Part shown: piece by piece, positions 16,578-30,100 of the stretch | How positions within the stretch are numbered: position 1 is the stretch's first letter | How the letters are laid out: each line of letters opens with the position of its first letter | Source: Vermamoeba vermiformis | Taxonomy: Eukaryota | DNA: 34,450 bases | Assembly (NCBI GenBank): GCA_045837725.1 | Contig: JBEWZL010000238.1 | Location: forward strand, 496,001 to 530,450 | Direction of reading: 5' to 3' | Notes under the pieces: model-generated | What the model was told of the DNA's origin: nothing | Database searches by the model: none | Seen by the model: the letters and a program-made list of their open reading frames with translations, nothing else | Translations under genes and position numbers: made by a program

Positions 16578-17801
16578 TTATTTCCAGTTATCCTCATTTT
16601 TTAACCATACGTCAATTCTCTTGTGAAGTTGTTCTTTCTGTGCAGAGTCAATAAATGCTGCGTCAACCGCATTTTTAACGAATAAAATTACGTCCTCGAG
16701 CGTTAAATTGAATGTGTTGAACACTTGCAGCATGTTTTCTGTAATGTAAGCACCTAAATAGGCAGGATCATCGGAGTTAATCGTCACTTTCAAGCCACTG
16801 TCGATCATTTTTTTCACAGGATGATTGGGCATGGTTTTGAATGGCCCTATTTTACAATTTGAGATCGGACAGACGGTGAACGGAATTTCAGCCTCTTTTA
16901 GACGTGCGACGAGCGCTGGGTCTTCAACGCACGTAACTCCATGATCGATCCGTTCGACGTTGAGGTGTGTAACCAGTTCAGACACGTACGGATGCGCCGG
17001 TCCATCGTGACCTCCGTGTCCTGTTAAACGAAATCCCACTATTGCAAGTTAAGATTAACAACACAGCGAAGAGTATCATCTCGTACTTACGTTCTCTGGC
17101 TTTAGCGAAAACACTTGAAAACTTCGATGGCGGATGATTAATCTCGTCTGAATCTAGGCCGACAGCCGTGATCATGTCGCGGAATTGTACTGCCTCGTAG
17201 AGTGTCGTCATGCCGCTCTCTGCTGATTCGTCGCGTAGCAAACACATTATTAGACGAAAGGATATTCCTAGAGACTTTTCTCCTTCTTGCAAAGCTCTGA
17301 TAAATCGCTTAACAAGATGCAAAAAATATCGGTATGCATACCTATAAATACCATCGATTACTGTTTTGAATGAAACTCCACGACGAATGTGAGCTTGTGG
17401 ATCGAAGAAAGGTTCGACGTGAATAACATTTTCTTGATGTGCACGCGTTAAATAGGCCATTGTTAGCTCGTAGTAGTCTTGCTCTGTGCGTAGGACGTTC
17501 ATTCCTTGGTAATACAGTTTTAAAAATTGCTCGAGGTCTTCAAGTTGATTATATGCTGATTTTACCTGCTAGATAATTAATACTAACATCGGGGCGACAT
17601 TAAATAACCTAGTCTTACTTCTTCGGTGGATTGGAACGGAATTACAATGTTATTTCTTGCAGCAAATTTGAAGAGCATTTCTGGCTCCAGAGTACCTTGT
17701 ATTTGTGTCAGTATAATATTGTTAAAAATATTTGATATTTATTTACCTTCAAGGTGAACGTGAAGCTCGACTTTTGGGATGTCGCGAATAAATTTGTGCA
17801 T
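16578..17801 (-). CDS. Adenine/adenosine deaminase family (amidohydrolase; AAH1/PA0148-like)
   Basis: MHKFIRDIPKVELHVHLEGTLEPEML, HVEPFFDPQAH, FRLIMCLLRD, VGLDSDE, ERIDHGV, TVCPISN, VTINSDDPAYLG. Confidence 0.93.
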
Positions 17802-18243
17802 TCTCCTTCTTTACTTGCTAAATAGTATAATTTCTGCTATTGAAAATAAATTCAACGTTGAGTGTGTATTCAGTTGACTCGCTCAGTTTTGCTCTATCGC
17901 GTCATTGAAGTTAATTTTCCGTCGAGCGTGACAAAATATTATACTTCTGTAGGTTACCCGCACTCGCATCCCGGGCAATTTAAAGTAAGTGCTATTTAAG
18001 CTCTGAAGTAACATATGGAAAATTCTTTCAACCTCGAAAATCTGCAAGATAGGAAGTTCGAAATAGTTACCACCATAAATACGGTACCAGTTGCCAGTGG
18101 CATTAAATCTGAAGAGAGAGCGTAGCAGATCCATAGTTGCCTTATATAGTAAGTAATTTAGTAAAATCTTGTTTGTATCTCGCCGAATTATGCTCACTTC
18201 GCGATTCTCGTGACAGTTTCAGGTATTTCATCAACGAGAAACA

Positions 18244-20196
18244 ATGGAACAAGAGCTAAAGCAAACTTCGGGCGACTATGGAATGGATATCCATTCTGGG
18301 CAAGTTGCCTTGACGATCAGATGCGCCCGAGATTTGCCTGCTGTCGACGCTGGTGGTACTTCAGACCCATACGTTATCGCGAGATTGGAAACACCTCAGG
18401 GCAAGAGCGGAAAGATGAAAACAAAAGGTAAATAACGCTTTTAGAAGATTTAATTGCTAGATGTAACGAGATTTTTTTTAGTAATTAACAAAAATTTAAA
18501 TCCTGAATGGAACGAAACCTTCATTTTTACTACGTCCGATATTGCCAACTCCACGTTCTATTTTCAAGTTTGGGTAAACAGTTCAACGCGAATCTGTGAC
18601 ACAATTTTTTGACCGTCTAATTAGGACTGGAACCGTGTTCGAGATGAAGAAGTGAGTATTTTAGCATGGTTTAATGGTACCAAATTAACTGGATGCAGCT
18701 TGGTAAAGCAACGCTCGATCTGCGCGGATTGACGCAATACAACGCGTGCATCGAATTTCCTATTAATTTGCAAAACGGAGGCAAGTATTTAGCTTGTTTA
18801 AATTTGCTTAGTTAATAACATTGGCTCTTCAGTAACGCCACAAGGTACGTTGGTCGTTCAAGTTACATTCACGCCGCAAGCAACGGTAGACGATAATCGC
18901 AAACCAAAGGGAAAGTACGTGCGCTATCTAAATGCCAAATTATGGTGTCTAATACCCAATTTTAACTCAGAAAAATTCCAAACTTCCGTTTTGAGTTAAC
19001 CAAACAAGATTTCTTGCCCGGCGAGCCTGTGACTGGCTTTCTGGTGTACAACGCCACTAAAGAGCGAAAGATTCGCAATATCAGATTGGATTTTGTCGGA
19101 AAGGTAACCGTTGCGGCATGTCATTTTTTTGAACTTGAATTGATCCGCTTTTACAATAGGAACACGTCTACTGGACCGAGACACATGGCAAGACTACTTA
19201 TGTCTATTCTCAGACGATTTATCATATCGATCAACGTATCATCATGATTGGTAAAGAAAAAGAGAAGGTGCGTACCGTAACTGGATCCAATATCAGTTTA
19301 ACTAACCGTAAATAGATGTCGCTTCAAGCGCAGTTCTATCGCTTCCCGTTCACCTTCCATTTGCCTGCGACGGCACCACCAACTCGTAAGTCCCTTATTG
19401 AATGTAAGCCCAGACTAACAGATCTCAAATCCACAGTGCACAAGACCGTTGGTAACATTTGGTACACTTTGAAGGGCACAGTCGACATTCCTATGGCTAT
19501 CGATAAGACAACGAGTAAGTTAATGCAAAGCAAAAGTTGTTCAATTACTCACCACTTTCCGGATCAGGCTTCGAGATTGCCGTTCACAGACCCGTGCACA
19601 ACATCCTTCGTTCACTGCAGAGTGTGCGCGACGAGTACGTGAACGAGAAGGTCGATGGGTTGAAGATCAAGGTCTCAGTCAACAAGCGCGTGTACATGCT
19701 CGGCGAGGTCATTCAACTTGAGTTCGTAGTTGACAACAAGTCTTCGCACAAAATCGACGAGATTAACGTCAAGCTGAAGCAAGTCGAAGAATACCAAGCC
19801 ACTACGAAGACTCGTTGGGCCAAACATCAGCCTTTTGCGTCAAAGGTCAACAAGGACGTTCTGCCTATTCGTCCTGGTGCAGTGTAAGTTGCAGTTGTTT
19901 TAGAACTGGCGAAATAACTAATCGTATTGCAGTTGGGACTACGGCTTTTCATTGGCAATTCCTTTGGAGCACATCCAGCCCTCGTTTGATAACACGGTAG
20001 CGCAGATCATTCACATCACACACTTTGTCGCAGTAACTTTCCATTACGGCACATTGAAGGTGAGTTATAATCCTTCTTTGATTAGTCAAAAACTGACCGA
20101 TTTCATCCCATGAAGAAAACAAAAGTCAGAGTGCCTGTTACTTTGCTCGAGCCATTGACAGCGAACTTCCCGCAGTACGCTCAAGGCACAAATTAG
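18244..20196 (+). CDS. C2 domain + arrestin N/C domain protein
   Basis: C2: ARDLPAVDAGGTSDPYV...KTKVINKNLNPEWNETFIF...VWDWNR...LGKATLDL. Arrestin: FLPGEPVTGFL...IRLDFVGKEHVYW, YRFPFTFHLPATAPPT, GNIWYTLKGTVDIP, VYMLGEVIQLEFVVDNKSS. Confidence 0.88.
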
Positions 20197-20333
20197 ACAG
20201 TGTATTGGCCTTTAACCTCATTGTTTGTTTATTTGAAGATAGATTACTTCTCGTTACAGTAATGAAACAAGTAATTATTCTAACGGTCGCCAATTTGTGG
20301 ATTTATCCGTTTCTAGAAAGCGTGCCATGTCAC

Positions 20334-23300
20334 TTAATTCAAGTTGTTGAGGGCGTTGGTCCATGCAGGCAACGTAACTTGAGTGGTAATCCACACCGAT
20401 TGGTTTTGAGGAGTTTTCAAGTATTGAGCAGATGAGGGAACGGAGCCTCCATTATAGCCCTTGCAATAGGGGCAAATCTGTCGTCGTGTTAATATGCTGT
20501 TGCGTGCTTTTAATGTCTACTTACGTTGATTCCTTTGGACACTTCGAAACATTTTGACGATGTGCAGTAGGTTTTCTCGCAATCAAAGCAAAACTGAAAT
20601 TGGACGGTTAATATAAATCTCTTTTGTCTTTTGGTGCTTACCTTCCAGTTGCCTCCGGACGTGTTGCAGGTCTTGCACGTCTTGTTCCACTCAACGCACA
20701 ACTTCGCAAAGTGATTTTGTTTCCAGAGAGTAAGTCGCTGCTTTTCAATGTCTCCCTTGAGTTTGGCTTGCATAACAGGGACACACGAAGCAATGTTGGA
20801 GACAATCACTGCAATCTGTATGGGCACAGAGCCGCTGACATCAGCGTTTACGACGAGATCCCTATGCATCATTAATAATTCATTTCGTTACGGGTAACGA
20901 GGAGGCACTTACTTGGTCTCAAAGACAGTCCAAGATTGAATCGAGCTGTCAACTTGGATGGATTTAAATTGTGCCCACAACAAAGAGCCGTTCCAACGCC
21001 AAGTCAGCATAGGCAAATTTTGGTTGCCTTCATTGAGTCTCAAGCTGATGGTGCCCTCTTCGAGTATGGCTTTGTACGGTCCAGTCCATCCTTTGAGCAA
21101 GCCACTCTCGCAAGTCAATTGACCAGGCGAGTACTTCCAAATCATGCCAGCAGCACCGATCGAGCCACCAGTGAAGCCATCAACTTCGGCTTGGAATTGC
21201 AACTGTAGCTCGAATGGTTAGTTACGTTCATATACTGAACTAGCTACACTTACAGCAGCAGCGTTGCGTTTGTTGGCCTCTTCTTGTTTTTTCATCTCGA
21301 TCTCAGCCATGCGGCGCTCCTCTTCCTGTTTGATGGCGGTCAACTTGTCGGCAATTTTCTTTTCCAACTCGGAAACTTCTTTGGCCGCTGGGTACATCTG
21401 CTTCAATACATTGATCCACGAATTGCTGTGCTTCATCCAATCGGAGTCATCGGAGTGCTTGACCCAGTAATTCACAAACTCTTGGCACTGCGCAATTTCG
21501 CCTTCCATCACTGCCTTCTCCAATGACTTCACGCTGTTCAAACACTCGACAGCTTCAGTACCGTCATCAGGTAAGATCTGAAATTTCGTTAGCGTTGGTT
21601 GTAACTTTTACGATACAACTTACCTTTTGTGCTTGTTTGGCGAAGTCTTCAGCAACACGCAAAAGCTTTTGTACGGTGAGGTACCCTTCGTAAGGGGCTA
21701 TGGCATCAACGTGCACTGTAACAGACATGAGCTCGTGCATTTTTAATGAGCTAATCAACTTACCAAATTTCAAAACATCGAAGGCCACCACTCGACGCGC
21801 CACCTCCCAAGTTGTTTCGCGATTGCCCGGCATTAAGTTCTGCATGTAATCAAGCAACACCATTGCAGACTTCAAGAACAAGTACGCTGTGGAGCTTTTT
21901 TGGATGTATTGGCCCAACACGCCATACTGTGCGTCCCAATCTTGCAAGAGTTGTCGAGCGGCAACAACGCCGTCTTTCACTTCGTTAATGTGAGGACAAT
22001 TAGCATCGGCCTTGACGAGCTCGCCAAGCAGTTGTCTGCCTTCCAACTTGTCCAAGGACAGACGCAGGTTCGTCATGGCTTTTTGGAATTGATCCCAGGG
22101 GTTGGGCATCTCGCCACGATTGAATTGACCCACACCAACCTTGCGGTCAATGTCTTCAAACTTCTGTTGGACTGTAATTGAACGATTAGCGCACGTCGGA
22201 TTGGATTTCTAATGCTTCACTTACTACCAAGCAACTCGGTGTTGATGCTTGCGATGTGCTCGTTGATGTTCTTCAACGGTTTTTGCCAGCTCGATGGAGT
22301 TTTGGACGTGACGTTGTAAGTAGACATGAACTCTTCATCAACGGGAACTTTGCCAACGACTTCCAAGTTCAGTTGATCCACGCGAGATATTAAAGCGTTC
22401 ATTGTGTGGTCAATGAGGAAGGTCTTTTTCAAGGGGGCAACCACACTGTTGAGCTCTTTCAGTGTCGCTAGAACCATTCCCGGATTGGCTCGGTTCGATT
22501 CAATTTGTTGCAAGTCCTTCTCGATCTGGGCTTGCAATCGTTGTGCTTCTTGTTTTTGAAACTGATTCAATTGAGGCTTGATAATGCCGAGCAAATTGTC
22601 AACCGGTGCCAAAGCCTGTTTGACGACATCGAAGTGGCCATACTGAACTCGCACCGGGTGCACCACGCTCAAAAGCTTTTGCAGCACCAACGTAGCCGAA
22701 TCCGTATCACTCGCCTATGAGTCGTGGTTAATTATATAGCGTCAATCTTAGGACAATCCTGCTTTAAACTTACTTGGTTCACCTTCTCGACCAAGTTTGC
22801 AATTTGAGCTGCGATCCTTTTGGCACTTTCAGCGGCACTCAAAGGTGAAATCTCGCGCTCAATGGATTTTAGCAGCGAGTTAACACGCGTCAGGACACCA
22901 ATGGCTTTGGCTTCGTTTGCGTACTTTCGCAGGGGCACCACCACTGATACTACGCGTTCTTGAAGCTTGGCTACACGAGCGAGGTCTTTACGTTGAATAG
23001 CATCTTCAAGTGCACTAGAGTAGAGTTGCTTAGAATTAAAACGAAGGAATGATTAGGTGAACTTACGCCAAGGGCAATAGAAGCACGGCGGATATCTTTT
23101 CGATCTCTTCCGCTGCGATGATGTTGCCAAGGGTGTCTTCAACACGTTGCAACAGTTGCTTGGATTGATTAAGCCATTTCTTGGCCTCGGAATTGGCCTC
23201 GTAACGCTTTAGTTGCACGAGCTGCTCTTCGATTTTAGGCACGTAGATCTGCACTTGCGATGCGTTCTTTTCGTTCAAGTAACGTTCAACAAGTTGCAAT

Positions 23301-24975
23301 AAAGAGTTTAGCTTATCAGCAACCGCCTATTAATTGTTAGACAAATTTGCAAAAGCGATCTGTCCGGACTTACCTTGATCGTTTTTTCCTCGATAATGGC
23401 TCCCAACTCGTTTTCCATGCGTTTCAACAAAGAATCAGCCTGGTCAATGAACTGCTTAGCAGCATCGACCTTGCTAAACTTCGTCTTGAGCTCGCCAAGA
23501 CCCGCCTCAAGAGTGTCACGATGCTTCATTGCCTCGTAATCGTCTTTCTTGCTCAGACTGTTCTCAAGCTGTCGTAAGGGCACTCTCAGCTTTTCGACAG
23601 TGCTCTTGGCTTCCGATTCTAGGAATACAATCGTTAATTAATGCACGGGCAATTAGTTGCGGACTTACCTAGCATCATCGGTTCGATATCAGTTTGATAC
23701 CTTTCCAAGACCTTGTTAGCTTCAGCAATGAGCGCTTGGGCCTTGTCTGTGCAGATATAAGCTTATGCACTATGATTATTATTCGATGGTAATACCTTGG
23801 TTTGCGTGCTTGGAAATTAGCGGCGCGATTCTTTCTTTCAGCTCGGTTGCGTACTTTGTAGCATTCGCAATGTTCTTCGCAGACAAAGCTATCGAAAAAT
23901 GAACGTTAGGTGTGCCTTAGTGCATGATGGGATAAGGCGACTCGAATTACCTTTTTCAAGCTGCGAGACAAGCGTCTTTACAGAGCGGGCGATTTCTTCA
24001 ATCTCCTTATTTGCCACAACCTCTCCAACGGCAGTACCAAACTTAGATGAAAGTTCTTGATAGCGCAGACAGAAGTCCTTTACTTCGGGGAAGATCAACC
24101 AAGATGGATTACCAATCACTTCAGCTGCTTTACTTTTAAGGTCCTCCCTATTGTTTAACGTTATTAAAGTTACGTTTAATAAGTACAACGTACCAGGTTT
24201 TGTTGGCCTTATCGACTTGACCACGCGCCAGCGCATCCTCGACGGTTTTCAGATTCGCAGCGGCGGGATCAGCGACCTTGCTTGCTTCAGCGTGCAAAAC
24301 AGCTTGATCAAGGATCTCATCGATCATTGCCAACAGGCTAGTAGATACGTAATTCGTAAATTCGGCATCTGGAGATCATAAATCAGCCCAAGCTCAATTT
24401 GAAGTCGTAAATTTTAATGTGACTTACCCAGCTTATCGAATTCCGCTTTCTTTGCGTCGAATTGCTTAAAACTCTCGTCTCGATACCTTAAAGTAGATCA
24501 GCCAAACAAACTTACGCGTATCGTGAAATTATGTTTGAAAACTTACTTGCGAAGACTGTTAACATCTTCTCTATCCACAGAGTTGGCGATCCAATGCACG
24601 GCTTTTTGAAGCGGATTGCGCGCAGTGTTAGGGACGGATACAGAGAACTTCTTTTCTTGCTCGCCAGCGGCAGCGTACTTTTTAGCAAAGCCTTCAACGT
24701 GCTCAAAGTACTCTTTGGTTGCTCCATCCTGCCAAAAATGTAAAAACGGAATTCCACTTTTACTGTCGTGCTTATCGAAAATAGCAGTACAGCTTGTCAT
24801 CGAAACTTACATTAAGCTTTTGGCGCTCGGCGTTGAGGACATCCATTAGCGCGCCGTGAGCGGATGCGATTTTTTCGGCATTAGCAACAGTATCCAAGCG
24901 AGCCTTAATGAACGCTTTTAGCTTGTCTTTGACGGGAGCGATAGATTTATCTAGTTCTCGAGCTCTGGCTGCCAT
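20334..24975 (-). CDS. Large (~1,250-1,300 aa) alpha-helical repeat protein with C-terminal 8-Cys zinc-finger-like domain; unknown function
   Basis: A chain of minus-strand ORFs joined by short GT-AG introns, starting MAARARELDK. Repeated amphipathic units (..AKQFIDQADSLLKRMENELGAII.., ..AKKWLNQSKQLLQRVEDTLGNII..). C-terminal CKTC..CFDC..C....C..CPYC. Confidence 0.75.
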
Positions 24976-27127
24976 GGTAGAATTCTGGATGAATTGTACG
25001 GAGGGGTGAGGTAGTTTCGGTAGAATAGAGTTAACTTCGTTCAAGTAGTTTCGGTGTGTAAGTTAGCCACCTGTTAGTATTAAACGAGTTGAAGATTAGA
25101 AAAGGTAAATTAACAATTTTGATTACTTACTCTCGTAAGTACAGGAAAATCGCAGAAAGCCGTTGGCGAGATTATTGGCGAGATTTACTGTACTTTTAGG
25201 AACAAAGCCACGTGGATTAATCGATCGACCCGAAATCTAAAAGTGCAGGTAGGAATCGGTGCACTTTTCTTTGCCTCAAAGCTAAAGTTAGATCGGAGGC
25301 CGCCAAAATTTGACCGTTATTTAATAAATGTGGGACAATTCCGTAGATAAAAATTCAATAATTTAACAACTTGGGACGTTGAGAAATAAAAAATCTAATT
25401 CTACCAAAATTTTAAATTTGGATGCGATCTCGCATAAGTTGTACCCGATCGGATCGCTGTCAGTTCTAGCGACATCCACAACCGTTGGATGGCCAACTCC
25501 AAAGCGAACAGTTTCTAAAAGCAGAAAAATAAACGCTCGCTTACTTATTGCATTTACAATAAATGCTTACCTATTTGCATTGGGTCGAGTCACTTTTGTA
25601 ATGTTATTCACAGGTGAAGATCGCCGGAGATCCGTTCTCAATTGATTGCCACCTAAATAACGCGTTAAAATAGTGTATTATATGATATTTAAGTACCGTG
25701 GATCTCGATTAAAAATAACAATTTAATTTCAACTCGAGCCGACGCTCTATCCGTAACAAAAATTTAACGCTTATCGATATTTGAATCAACGGTACTATGC
25801 CAATTTGAATATTAAAACGACTTACGGGCAATTCACCGTGTCAGGTGCATTCGATCGCGCCATCAAATTGAAGAGGTCGTCCGTGAGTACTGGTGGTGCT
25901 ATCTTGTGCAAGCACGGACGGAGCTGAATACAAATAACGTATTCCGACCATTAGTGGTCGAGATATTGCGAAACGAAAGTGCTATTAACTTGCGATCGCC
26001 AACAATTTGTATCTGGATAATAAAATTAAGCGTTAGTATATGTACTATAATATAATTAGCGAAAAATCCGGTTTAAATTCCGATCTAAGCTCGATCCGGA
26101 TTGATGTTTTGAAACAAATTTTGAAAATCGAATTAACGACATGATTACATTAAAAACTGTGTAAATAAGGTATAAAAAATATTTATATATTTACTCAGTA
26201 CTGTTTGAAGCATTTGTGATCGTCCATTTTCTCCAGATGAGACGCGACGAGGTCTTGAGAATACTCGCGCTGCCGTGAATACGTTGTGCTCGTTAATTGT
26301 TTATAATAGAAAAAAATAAAAAACTTGAGTTGGGTCTATTGTTGCGGTAACAACGACTGATCTCGCAATAACTCGCTCTGTGGCGCTGTGGTTACTACCG
26401 TGTGGGGTAATTAACCATATTGAAACAAACAGTTCGACTCTTGTATAGTCGATTCATGAATACTACAGCCAGGATTTGCACGTTTCCAATTTCGGTCTGG
26501 CTGCTCTTCCACGACGAACCAGAAAATTCATTGCACGAACACCAACGCTTGGGAGGCTACTAATTGAGTCCTAAGCCTTTTGGCATAGTTTAATTTTTCG
26601 TGTTCAGCGATCAGACCGTTTGTGGAACTTCGCAATTTTTGTAAAATGAAAAAATGTCCTTCGTTCAGTCCGAGGTCCAAAGTGAATTGAGCACCACTTC
26701 TTGTTGTAAAATTCATAGCTAGCTTGTAATGGAGTGGGTGGATTAACTTGCACCCCGAGTCCACCGTAGTCCGCGCAGAACACAAGTTCGAATTTCGTGG
26801 TAAAACAATAATTGTATGGAATAATAATTGGTGTTTTACGAGTGACAAACTTTCGATATCGATTTTTGCAAATTTTCTAATTATTATTGCCTCATTTTTG
26901 AAATTGGTTTTTCACGATCGATTTCTTTTTTAACAACCCTTCGTTTAGAACGCGGAGATAAAGCATGCTTAATATTGTAATGCAAGTAGAGTACTGCACT
27001 GATTTACCGCGGGACCGACACATTTTTGATCCGGACAGGACCGGAAAAAATCTACGCTTGCTTGGTGATTTTGTTTGGTAACCTTTATTTAACACAAAGT
27101 GCATACGAATACCACATTAACTTTGCT

Positions 27128-30100
27128 ATGATGAAGGTTTGCCTTGTTTTGGCGTTCGTTACGTACTTCTTGCTGGGATGTATTAGCGCCACTTCCTGCG
27201 ATTTAAAGCATTCACAATCGCTCTCGTATCCTTCTTATGGCATTAAGATCGTCCACATTAAATCTGCATTCTCTTCGCAGGTAACAGGATCGCACATTTC
27301 AGAATAAACGACACATCCGGAATAAAACAAATCAATTTCGCTTTCTAAAAACTTGCCCACCTTTTACATTTACTAAACAATATTTATAGGATGCCATTGT
27401 AGTTAAACAAACAGATTCGCAAGATATTACCGTCGGTGTCAATGTGTTCACTGACGGCTCGTTGGATGACACCCCTGTGCAATTAACTGGCACTCAGAAC
27501 GGAACTCTGCTGCTTGTCGAAGCTAAAGTTAACCTTATTACTCCTCCTACCGCGCCCTCTTCGACTGCAAACGTCAGCGGTACCGACAAACTTCAAGCGT
27601 TCACCTCCACTCTTGTTCTAGGACTATTAGTGCAGCTATTCTCCAATCAACGGTACGTAACGTGCTTATTCTTTTCGCACTTTAATAACCTCCGTCGCCA
27701 GATTCGCGATTTTGATCGTTTCTATTTTTGGACTTGTGTCGCTTTCAATGGAAAACTGTTCTTCGCAAGCACTCTTCACATTGACGGTCCCTGTTGGCGT
27801 GCAATCAGTGTGCTTGAACGATCAATGCTTCACGAACTCGCCCACAGCTAATTTGGGTGTCGCGGCGCACTTCATTTCGCCCAACAACCGCGAGATGGCC
27901 ATGCTTTCTGACGCTTTCGGTGTTGTACGTCGCGACTTGGACTGGGGCTCGTATGTATTGTCGGAAATTACGCGGTGAGGGACTAAATTGTTAACGCACG
28001 AGCAGAGTTGAATACAGCGCACCTCAGAGTTACGACTTCTCGAAGTACACCGCCCTTTCAAACACTTTGCTATCTTTCAACATAACGCCGTACTGGATCT
28101 GGGATTACCGAAACAGTTTTTACGACGGCGGTGTTTCTCCGGTTAGTGATACTGGTAAGCAACGCGATAGGGGATATTACTTTGGTGTCTCTCTGACACG
28201 TGCTGTAGGTATTGCTGGATTCGTTAATTACACAATACGATCGCTCGGGTTACTGAACGGAACCGGTGCTGTGTGGGAGATGTACAACGAGCCCAACGGT
28301 GGATTCTGGACTCCAAAGGCAAACGTTACGCAGTTTGTCAACTTGGCAAGGGCAGTTGGTATCGCTGTCAAAGAAAATTATCCGAAAGAGTATCACATTG
28401 GTCCGGCTGTTTCAGGCATGGATTGGACGTTTCTTGAAGCTTGCTTTGCAAACGGTTTGTTGCAGTACTGGGACGCGGTGTCTGTGCATCCTTACCGCAA
28501 TGCCATTCCCGAGACCACGGTCAATGACTACTTTGCATTGGCACTGATGATCGAGCGCTACAAGCCTGCTAGCAAGCCGTTCATTCCAATCATCTCTGGT
28601 GAATGGGGTTACACAACTACAACTGTTACGCCGCACCAACAAGCGACGTATTTGCCCCGCATGTTCTTGGCAAATATGGCCATGGATGTAGTAATGTCTA
28701 TTTGGTAAGCTAGGCAAAAACCTCGTCGCTAATATGGGTGCTAATTGATATTTGTTGGTAGGTACGACTGGCGCGATGATGGTACCGATCCCAACAACAA
28801 TGAGCATAACTTTGGTACAGTGTACAACGCTTACTTGTCTAGCGGTGATTATCCATTCACTCCAAAGGCAACTTACTACGCCGCTCAAACGTTGAAGAAT
28901 CTGACAACTGGTTTGCGATTCAACAAGCGCATCCACACGGACTCGGCAACTGTTTGGATCGTGATGTTGTCCAACAACGATAATAACGTCGTTCTCGCAA
29001 TTTGGTCGACTACCAACACTACGGAAACAGTTTCGTTGCCGGTTAGCCCTGGATCATTCCGTGTCACAAATTACGTTGGTAACATGACCAACGACGTTAC
29101 TTTGACTAGCGGCCAATCTCTTATGATCGAAGCAACGGAAGAGGTCCAATACGTCGTGCCCTTGACGAGCAATCCGTACTTGAAGGTTATTGCTTCCGTA
29201 ACTAGACCACCGCTCATAATCACGGAAAACCTTGTTGACTTTGTTATGTTCTTCACCAATCCGCTCAACGAAGATGTGACCTTAGACTTCTACGAACAAA
29301 AAGGCGTTACCGTTGCTCCTGGACAAACAGTGGCATTGTGGCATCATGTTGACGTATACTTGGACGTCCCTGCGTTCGATCTGCCAATTTTTGTCAACTT
29401 CTCTACATTTGGACCATTGCGAATGCAGTCACATGTCGCACCAGTATTTCCAATAGTGCCCATTGTTTATCCAACTACAGTTAATGGTTCGGTGCCAGTA
29501 TCCTTCTTAAGTTCCTACGAATTGTAAGAGCTACTCTATGTTATTGTTCTAACTGTTTCCCACAGGTATGCTCACGTTAATGTTGTTCTAAATGGTCAAT
29601 CGACTTCATTTGATGTTTCAACTGTGTCGAGAGCCTCACCAGTCCTGTTGGTAGATGGTCAATTGCATAAAAACCAAACATCCACAGCTGCCCTTGCTAT
29701 ATCAAACGGAGCTACAATCTACACAAAGTATGGCTGCGGAAAGAGTCTAAAACTCGTATAATAATTTCTATTATTATAGAGGCACTCCTTTGATAGTATC
29801 ACAGTACTTTGATTTCTCAACGGTCAACAGTGCATTGTTACAACAAACTTTTGTCGCATGGATCGGGGGTGATACAGCTGTCTCGGCAAGCTTCAAAATT
29901 GCATTAGAGAAACCAACCATTATGCCTATGGGTTTTGACTCATATGGTGTTCTCCACCTCAATAGTACCTCTGCTAACGGCTATCGCTACTATGTAGTGG
30001 ATGCCAAGGTGGACTTGCTTATTGCTGGTACTCCAACCAGGTTTGGCCAATGGGTGTATGGCGATGGATCTGGAGTATCAGGAGGTATTAGAGTTGTTGA

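Noticed and set aside
26200-26848. Minus-strand ORF 26528-26848 and the frame continuing past its TGA
   Set aside because: No recognisable motif and no convincing exon chain. It could be a small gene or pseudogene but is not supportable.
28412-28936. Antisense or alternative-frame ORFs overlapping real genes (e.g. 28412-28936, 10188-10565, 15965-16297, 33413-33742)
   Set aside because: These are shadows of well-supported coding exons on the other strand and lack motifs of their own.
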